A stretch of DNA of 48,960 bases, from NCBI GenBank assembly GCA_036557385.1, contig DATBHQ010000134.1:1-48960 (forward strand). Direction: 5' to 3'. A program made the translations under genes and the position numbers. Shown here one piece after another: positions 43,661-48,960 of the stretch. This DNA comes from Solirubrobacterales bacterium. GTDB lineage: Bacteria; Actinomycetota; Thermoleophilia; Solirubrobacterales; 70-9. The stretch's first letter is position 1. The number at the start of each line of letters is the position of its first letter. The notes beneath the pieces are model-generated. The model made no database searches. It had not been told where the DNA came from and was given only the letters and a program-made list of their open reading frames with translations.

Positions 43661-44808
43661 CCGACCCCGATGCAGAGCGCGGCCATGCCCCAGCCACCGC
43701 CGCGGCGGTGGAGCTCGTGGGCGAGGCCGGCGAGGACGCGCACGCCCGACGCTCCCAGCGGATGCCCGATCGCGATCGCCCCTCCGTTCGGGTTCATCCG
43801 CTCGACCTCGACCCCCTCCCAGCCGGCCAGGTCGGCCAGGCACTGGGAGGCGAAGGCCTCGTTCAGCTCGATGACCGAGACGTCGTCCCAGCCGATCCCG
43901 GCGCGCTCCAGGGCCCTGTTCGCCGCCTCGACGGGAGCGATGCCGAAGATGTCGGGGTCGACGGCGTGGACGCCGCGACCCGCGATCCGGGCGAGCGGCT
44001 CGCGCCCGAGCGCCGAGGCGGTCGCCTCGTCGGCGATCAGCGCCGCCCCGGCACCGTCGTTGAGCGGCGAGGAGTTCCCGGCGGTGACGGTGCCGCCCTC
44101 CTTGAAGGCGGGCCGCAGCTTGGCGAGCTTCTCCAGGCTCGTGTCCGTGCGAATCCCCTCGTCGCGCTCCAGCTCGGTGCCCGGCACCGGGACGACCCAC
44201 TCCGTGTAGAAGCCGTCTTCCCAGGCTCTGGCGGCGTTCCGGTGGCTGCGGAGCGCGAACTCATCCTGCGCCTCCCGGTCGATCTTCCAGCGCTCGGCGA
44301 TCAGCTCGGCGCTCTCCCCGAGCGAGATCGTCCACCGCTCGGGCATCTCGGGGTTGACCATCCGCCAGCCGAGCGTGGTCGAGAACATCTGCTCGTGGGA
44401 GCGGTCGAAGCCGCGCTCGGGCTTCAGCACCACCCAGGGAGCCCGGCTCATGGACTCGACCCCGCCGACCAGGACCCGCGAGGCATCCCCGGTCTCGATC
44501 GCCCGGCTCGCCTGGATGGCCGCCTCGAGGCTGGAGGCGCAGAGCCTGTTCACCGTGGCCCCCGGCACGCTGGTGGGCAGGCCCGCGAGGAGCGCCGCCA
44601 TCCGAGCGACGTTCCGGTTCTCCTCCCCGGCACCGTTCGCGTTGCCGAATGAGACGTCATCGATCGTCTCGGGGTCGAGATCCGGCGAGCGCTCGAGAAG
44701 CGCGCGGACGACGTGTGCCCCGAGGTCGTCCGGGCGGACCTGCGACAGCCCCCCGGCGTAGCGTCCGAAGGGGGTCCTGATCGCGTCGATGACGTAGGCG
44801 TCGGCCAT
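43630..44808 (-). CDS. Acetyl-CoA C-acyltransferase (thiolase II, PcaF/PaaJ-like)
   Basis: [11 protein letters not shown] (active Cys), [28 protein letters not shown]. Confidence 0.9.
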   Translation of the reverse strand: MADAYVIDAIRTPFGRYAGGLSQVRPDDLGAHVVRALLERSPDLDPETIDDVSFGNANGAGEENRNVARMAALLAGLPTSVPGATVNRLCASSLEAAIQASRAIETGDASRVLVGGVESMSRAPWVVLKPERGFDRSHEQMFSTTLGWRMVNPEMPERWTISLGESAELIAERWKIDREAQDEFALRSHRNAARAWEDGFYTEWVVPVPGTELERDEGIRTDTSLEKLAKLRPAFKEGGTVTAGNSSPLNDGAGAALIADEATASALGREPLARIAGRGVHAVDPDIFGIAPVEAANRALERAGIGWDDVSVIELNEAFASQCLADLAGWEGVEVERMNPNGGAIAIGHPLGASGVRVLAGLAHELHRRGGGWGMAALCIGVGQGLAVVLEA

Positions 44809-44860
44809 GGCTCAGTCCGGAATCCTGGCGAAATCTAGACCGGGGTGATAGAGGTAGGCC

Positions 44861-45274
44861 GTGATCTCAACCGTCGCCGTGGGCACGGATGGCTCAGAGA
44901 CGGCTGGTGAGGCGGTGAAGCAGGCGGCGGAGTTCGCCGAGCGCTTCGACGCGAAGCTGGTCCTGCTGAGCGCGTTCAAGGACGGGCCGCCACCTCCGGA
45001 CGCGAGCGAGGCCGATTGGTCCTACAGCCCGGCGGCGCAGCTCCGGGGGCTGCTCTCCCGGACCGAGGACGAGCTGAATCGGCGCGGCCTCGAGTGCACG
45101 ACCGCGGTCGAGGAGGGCGATCCGGCGGAGGTGCTGGTGCGGCTCGCCGATGAGTGCGGCGCTGACGTGCTGGTGATCGGCAACAGGGGAATGCAGCGAC
45201 GGGTGCTGGGCAGCGTCCCCAACTCCATCACCCACAAGGCCGGCTGCTCGGTCTTCGTCGTCAAGACGACCTAG
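44861..45274 (+). CDS. Universal stress protein (UspA family)
   Basis: VAVGTDGSE..., ADVLVIGNRGMQRRVLGSVPNSITHKAGCSVFVV (the G-2x-G-9x-GS ATP motif). Confidence 0.85.
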   Translation: MISTVAVGTDGSETAGEAVKQAAEFAERFDAKLVLLSAFKDGPPPPDASEADWSYSPAAQLRGLLSRTEDELNRRGLECTTAVEEGDPAEVLVRLADECGADVLVIGNRGMQRRVLGSVPNSITHKAGCSVFVVKTT

Positions 45275-45371
45275 CCAGGTGCAGTTCAAATCCTCGTCAA
45301 GCGGGTAACCCAGGTCTCACCGCCAGCGCGAAAGGCGCAGCTGGCACGGAAGCCGAGGAGTGACGAGAACC

Positions 45372-45902
45372 ATGGCCCAGACAACGCGGTCTTCGAGCAC
45401 GCGTTCACGGCGGACCGGCTCGAGGTCAACCAGGTCGACGAGCCGAAACGGCTCGTCCAGTAAGCCGAGAAGCGGCAACTCGCGAGCGGGAAGCACGCGA
45501 AGCCGAAGCAGCTCCACGCGGACGAAGTCCCGCTCGAGCTCATCGAATGGTCCCGTCGGCAAGGCCGGCGAGAAGGTCGCGGCCGTCGCGTCGAAGGCGA
45601 CGCCGGACACCGCCACCGTCCGGAAGACCGGCAAGAGCGTGAGCAATCTGGCGTCGAAGGCGAAGACTCCACTGCTCGCGGGCGGAGCCGCGCTGGCCGG
45701 GGTGGCGGGTGGCATCGCCTTGAAGAGCCGCACGGCGTCGAAGCGGCGGACCGGCCGGTTCCGGAGTGTTCAGCTGCCGAAGGCGCTCAAGAACATCGAC
45801 GTCGAGCAGGTGATCGACGCCGGGCGCCAGGTGCGCGCCATCGGCGAACAGGTCGGCGACGTCGCCGACACCGCCGCGAGGACACGCAAGAAGCACAAGT
45901 AG
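45372..45902 (+). CDS. Hypothetical basic protein with an extremely Ser/Arg/Thr-rich N-terminus and one hydrophobic segment
   Basis: ATG 45372 (or 45360) lies after GAGGAG. The N-terminal ~60 aa are almost only S/R/T. LLAGGAALAGVAGGIAL is a putative TM helix. GC3-rich frame, especially in the 3' half. Confidence 0.45.
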   Translation: MAQTTRSSSTRSRRTGSRSTRSTSRNGSSSKPRSGNSRAGSTRSRSSSTRTKSRSSSSNGPVGKAGEKVAAVASKATPDTATVRKTGKSVSNLASKAKTPLLAGGAALAGVAGGIALKSRTASKRRTGRFRSVQLPKALKNIDVEQVIDAGRQVRAIGEQVGDVADTAARTRKKHK

Positions 45903-45909
45903 CTCGCGA

Positions 45910-46491
45910 TCAGCGCCGCACGGCCTCGAGCAGCTCCCCGTAGGAGCGGACCAGCGCGGCTCGCTCCTCGGCGATCAATGGGCTGGCGGGATCGCAGCCC
46001 TGGTCAACCCAGCGGTCTGAGTGGATCATCGCCAGGGCTCGCTGCTCGGCCGCGACCCGGACCTCCTCGGGCGGCACGGAGTAGACGTACGCATAGAGGG
46101 ACCTGAGCGCGCCGACCAGCTCGCGGACGTCGACCCGATCGCCATCGTGCTGCAGCTCCCGGTGGGCGCGCCACCACTCCACCTCGAGGCGGGCGGCCTC
46201 CGTGGGGTCGAAGTCCTCGCCGGAGCGGTCGCGAACGAGCTCGTAGAAGCGGCGCATGTAGTCGCGGGCGGCGTCCGGATCGTTGTCCGGATACGGCGCC
46301 CAGACCTGGTTGGCTCGGAGGACCCACCAGCCGCCGCGCAGGGTCGCCGGCCGGGACAGCCCGAAGCTCGCGCGTGTGAGGCCGAACGCCGCGCGCAGGA
46401 AGGTCGGCCAGCGGCGCCGGTAGTAGGCGACCCAGGCCGCGCACTCGAGCGCGCCGACGCGCACCGGGTCGAAGGACCTCATGTCCGTCAT
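45910..46491 (-). CDS. Conserved-looking hypothetical protein
   Basis: 193 aa with good GC3 bias and non-repetitive composition (WVAYYRRRWPTFL, EVEWWRAHRE). ATGA-type coupling to the downstream hydrolase. No family recognised. Confidence 0.55.
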   Translation of the reverse strand: MTDMRSFDPVRVGALECAAWVAYYRRRWPTFLRAAFGLTRASFGLSRPATLRGGWWVLRANQVWAPYPDNDPDAARDYMRRFYELVRDRSGEDFDPTEAARLEVEWWRAHRELQHDGDRVDVRELVGALRSLYAYVYSVPPEEVRVAAEQRALAMIHSDRWVDQGCDPASPLIAEERAALVRSYGELLEAVRR

Positions 46492-47225
46492 TCCGCCGAC
46501 CTCAGGAATTCCTCGAGCCGCTCGTTGTAGGGATCACCTGTGGAGGGAACGGTGTGGCCGCGGCCGCGGATCACCTCGCGCTCGGCGGAGAGCGCCTCGG
46601 CGAGGGCGTCACAGACGGCCTCGAAGGCGAGCGAGTGACCGCCGGAGAGAACCAGCACCGGGAAGTCCGACGCGGCCAGCCGCTCCAGCGGGATCTCCGC
46701 CTCCCATGAGGGCCGCTCGCGCTTGAGCAGCTTGACGCCGTGCATCAGCTCGTCCGGGAGCTGGTCGGGTGTCCCGTAGGCGGACCCCGCTCCGCCCCGG
46801 AAGAGCTTCAGGAATTCCTCCGAGGGGATGGATTCGGCGTTGGCGAAGAGCAGCTCGCCGTTGGCGATCATCTCGTCGACCTCCGGGGTCCCCTCCGCGA
46901 TCCGGAGACAGCCTGGCTCGGAGACCGTGAGGGAGCGGACTGCGTCGGGCCGCTCCGCCGCGGCGAGCAGTGCGATCACCGAGCCGTAGGAATGGCCGAC
47001 CAGGTGCGCCCCGTCGCCGAGCAGCTCGGCGAACATCGGCGCCTCGATCTCGAAGTCGTTGCGCTCCAGCGGCGCGCTCTCGCCGAAGCCGGGGCGGCTC
47101 GGGATGATCAGGGTCCAGCGCCCGGCGAGCTCGCGCTGCTTCCTCCAGGTGAGCGAGGGGCCGACGATGTCGCCGTGCACGAAGACGATCGGCGGCCCCT
47201 CGCCGAGCCGCTCAACGGCGAGCAT
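46488..47225 (-). CDS. Alpha/beta hydrolase
   Basis: IVFVHG oxyanion region, nucleophile elbow GHSYG, C-terminal GRGH. Confidence 0.75.
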   Translation of the reverse strand: MLAVERLGEGPPIVFVHGDIVGPSLTWRKQRELAGRWTLIIPSRPGFGESAPLERNDFEIEAPMFAELLGDGAHLVGHSYGSVIALLAAAERPDAVRSLTVSEPGCLRIAEGTPEVDEMIANGELLFANAESIPSEEFLKLFRGGAGSAYGTPDQLPDELMHGVKLLKRERPSWEAEIPLERLAASDFPVLVLSGGHSLAFEAVCDALAEALSAEREVIRGRGHTVPSTGDPYNERLEEFLRSAE

Positions 47226-48288
47226 GCCGCCTCAGCTCGAGCAGATGGTCGCGGAACCCGACCCCGAATCCCGTCGGCTTGCCGCGGTAGTTCCGGATCA
47301 GGCTCGGCCCGGCGTGGCAGGTCCAGCCGCCCTTCGCGTCCCAGGCCCAGCCGAGATAGGAGATCCGCCGCCGGTCCGCCCAGCGCATCCACTTGTCGAT
47401 GTAGTCATGGCGGCAGTCGGTCTGCCCGAGCTCGCCGACCACCACCGGGACCCTGGCCGCGGCCGCCGCGATCGCCCGCTTGCAGCCGCGCAGGCACGGC
47501 GCCAGGTGGTGGCCGTAGTTGTGCTCGGAGGCGACCAGCTGCCCGAGCGGATCGCTCGGCTCGTGGGCGAGCCAGCCCGAGAGGTCGCGCGCGTAGTCCA
47601 CCCCGCCGAGCATCAACGGCTGCGTCGCGCCGGTGGAGCGCACGGCGTCGACGAGCTCCTGCATTCCGGCGGCGCGGTAGGCGGGGTGGCGCTCCGAGAA
47701 GCGGCCCCCGGCCGGCACGTCGCAGCCCGCCAGCCAGCAGTCCCAGGAGATGTCGTGCGGCTCGTTGTAGAGGTCGAAGACGAGGGAGCGGTTGTAGGCG
47801 AAGTGCGCCGCGACCGAGGTCCAGAAGGCCGGTGACTGATCCGCGTCCGCCATCGGGATGATGCCGAGCGCCCGCTGCCCGGCCGGAGCCGCCACGTGCT
47901 CGTCGATGACGACGTACAGCCCGGCCCGGTTCAGGCGGGCCACGAAGCCGTCGATCGCCGCCCGGTACGCGGACCCGGCGAGCGTCGCCCTCACCCCATC
48001 GGTCCCGAGCCAGCAGTCGGGGTTGAGGGGCACGCGCACGGCGTTGATCCCCCACCTCTTCATCGCCATGATGCTGCGCATGCCGGTCGGGCCGTCGAAG
48101 AACCCGTAGCCCTCGGCGCAGGCGTACTCCGAGCCGCTCCTGCTGACGCCCAGCAGCCGCAGCGTGCGCCCCGAATCGTCCACCAGCCGGTTCCCGGACA
48201 CGCTCAAGCCGAGCGCCGAGGCGGTGGTGGGCGACGAAATGGCGCCCGCGCAGAGAGCGAGCATGACGATGCGTAGCAACCGCGCCAT
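47212..48288 (-). CDS. Secreted glycoside hydrolase family 5 (cellulase-like)
   Basis: Signal peptide LRIVMLALCAGAISSPTTASA, acid/base FDLYNEPH, nucleophile region VVVGELG, WGINAVRVPL. Start at ATG 48288 within ORF 47212-48504. Confidence 0.75.
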   Translation of the reverse strand: MARLLRIVMLALCAGAISSPTTASALGLSVSGNRLVDDSGRTLRLLGVSRSGSEYACAEGYGFFDGPTGMRSIMAMKRWGINAVRVPLNPDCWLGTDGVRATLAGSAYRAAIDGFVARLNRAGLYVVIDEHVAAPAGQRALGIIPMADADQSPAFWTSVAAHFAYNRSLVFDLYNEPHDISWDCWLAGCDVPAGGRFSERHPAYRAAGMQELVDAVRSTGATQPLMLGGVDYARDLSGWLAHEPSDPLGQLVASEHNYGHHLAPCLRGCKRAIAAAAARVPVVVGELGQTDCRHDYIDKWMRWADRRRISYLGWAWDAKGGWTCHAGPSLIRNYRGKPTGFGVGFRDHLLELRRHARR

Positions 48289-48316
48289 TGCCTGACAAAC
48301 CCTACGATCAGCGCGG

Positions 48317-48960
48317 ATGAAGCTGGTCATCCAGATCCCCTGCCTGAACGAGGAGGAATCGCTCCCCCGGCTGCTGGCCGAGCTGCCCCGCGAGGTCCCG
48401 GGCTTCGACGCGGTCGAATGGCTCGTCGTCGACGACGGATCCACCGACGAGACGGTCGAGGTCGCCCGGCGCCACGGCGTCGACCACCTCGTCAGGCTGA
48501 CCACTCACAAGGGCCTGGCGACGGCGTTCCAGGCCGGCCTCGACGCCGCGCTCAAGCTCGGCGCTGACGTGATCGTCAATACCGACGCCGACAACCAGTA
48601 CCGCTCGGAGGACATCCCCAGGCTGGTCGAGCCGATCCTGGCGAGGCGCGCCGACATGGTGATCGGCGACCGCCAGGTGAAGAGCATCGACCACTTCTCG
48701 CCGAACAAGAAGCTGCTTCAGCGTCTCGGCAGCTGGGTCGTCCGGCTCGCGTCCGACACGGACGTGCTCGACACGACCTCCGGCTTCCGGGCCTACAACC
48801 GCGAGGCGGCCCTTCAGCTGATCGTGGTCTCCCGCTACACGTACACGCTCGAGAGCCTGATCCAGGCGGGCAAGATGTCGGTCGCCCTCGAGGACGTCCC
48901 GATCTCCACCAACCCGACCGATCGGGAGTCGCGGCTGTCCGGCTCGACCTCGGCCTACGT
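48317..48960 (+). CDS. Glycosyltransferase family 2 (dolichyl-phosphate sugar transferase-like), 3' end outside the window; absent from the supplied ORF track
   Basis: Own translation from ATG 48317: MKLVIQIPCLNEEESLPRLLAELP...EWLVVDDGSTDETVEVARRHGVDHLVRL..HKGLATAFQAGLD...VNTDADNQY...GFRAYNREA. The frame is open to the window end. Confidence 0.8.
   Translation, partial: MKLVIQIPCLNEEESLPRLLAELPREVPGFDAVEWLVVDDGSTDETVEVARRHGVDHLVRLTTHKGLATAFQAGLDAALKLGADVIVNTDADNQYRSEDIPRLVEPILARRADMVIGDRQVKSIDHFSPNKKLLQRLGSWVVRLASDTDVLDTTSGFRAYNREAALQLIVVSRYTYTLESLIQAGKMSVALEDVPISTNPTDRESRLSGSTSAY

Noticed and set aside
1-48960. CRISPR arrays, IS elements or transposases, integrases, toxin-antitoxin pairs, restriction-modification or other recognisable defence cassettes, rRNA genes.
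   Set aside because: Scanning the sequence and all listed ORFs revealed no repeat-spacer periodicity, no terminal inverted repeats, and no proteins with the corresponding hallmark motifs. The helicase at 3260-5854 has no nuclease or methylase partner.

Overview
Very GC-rich, densely coding chromosomal segment of about 50 genes. It looks Actinomycetota-like, possibly Thermoleophilia or Rubrobacteria type, but that taxonomy is a guess from composition and gene content. Left part (1-12.6 kb): housekeeping and miscellaneous genes, namely a HemD fragment, a secreted Ca-binding repeat protein, a DUF62 SAM hydrolase, BirA, a small DPT(R/Q)G-repeat protein, a large SF2 helicase, a TlpA-NfeD-SPFH cluster, a GNAT-GalT-SABATH methyltransferase operon and a secreted S33 hydrolase. 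Centre (12.6-37.3 kb): tRNA-Arg(CCU), then a roughly 18 kb Wzx/Wzy-type polysaccharide locus built as two convergent, tightly packed operons (14232-20891 plus strand; 32348-20905 minus strand). A paralogous pair of LuxR/NarL-type response regulators sits upstream of each operon. In all four regulators the phospho-acceptor Asp is replaced (Gln and Glu in pair 1, Ala and Glu in pair 2), and no histidine kinase lies in the window. I consider this the most interesting candidate system. The locus also carries an ATP-grasp / flavoenzyme / UDP-uronate-epimerase-like module, two CelD/FemAB-like acyltransferases, a CE4 deacetylase and a membrane protein that looks like a degenerate GGDEF domain. Right part: a hutH-hutU-def-hutF-hutI operon in which a catalytically intact peptide deformylase homolog sits where hutG would be expected, followed by a thiolase, Usp, hydrolases, a GH5 enzyme and a 3'-truncated GT2 gene that is missing from the ORF track. 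Many long ORFs in the track are shadow ORFs of GC-rich DNA. No CRISPR array, IS element, integrase or obvious defence cassette was seen. All family assignments are by-eye motif recognition; nothing was searched.
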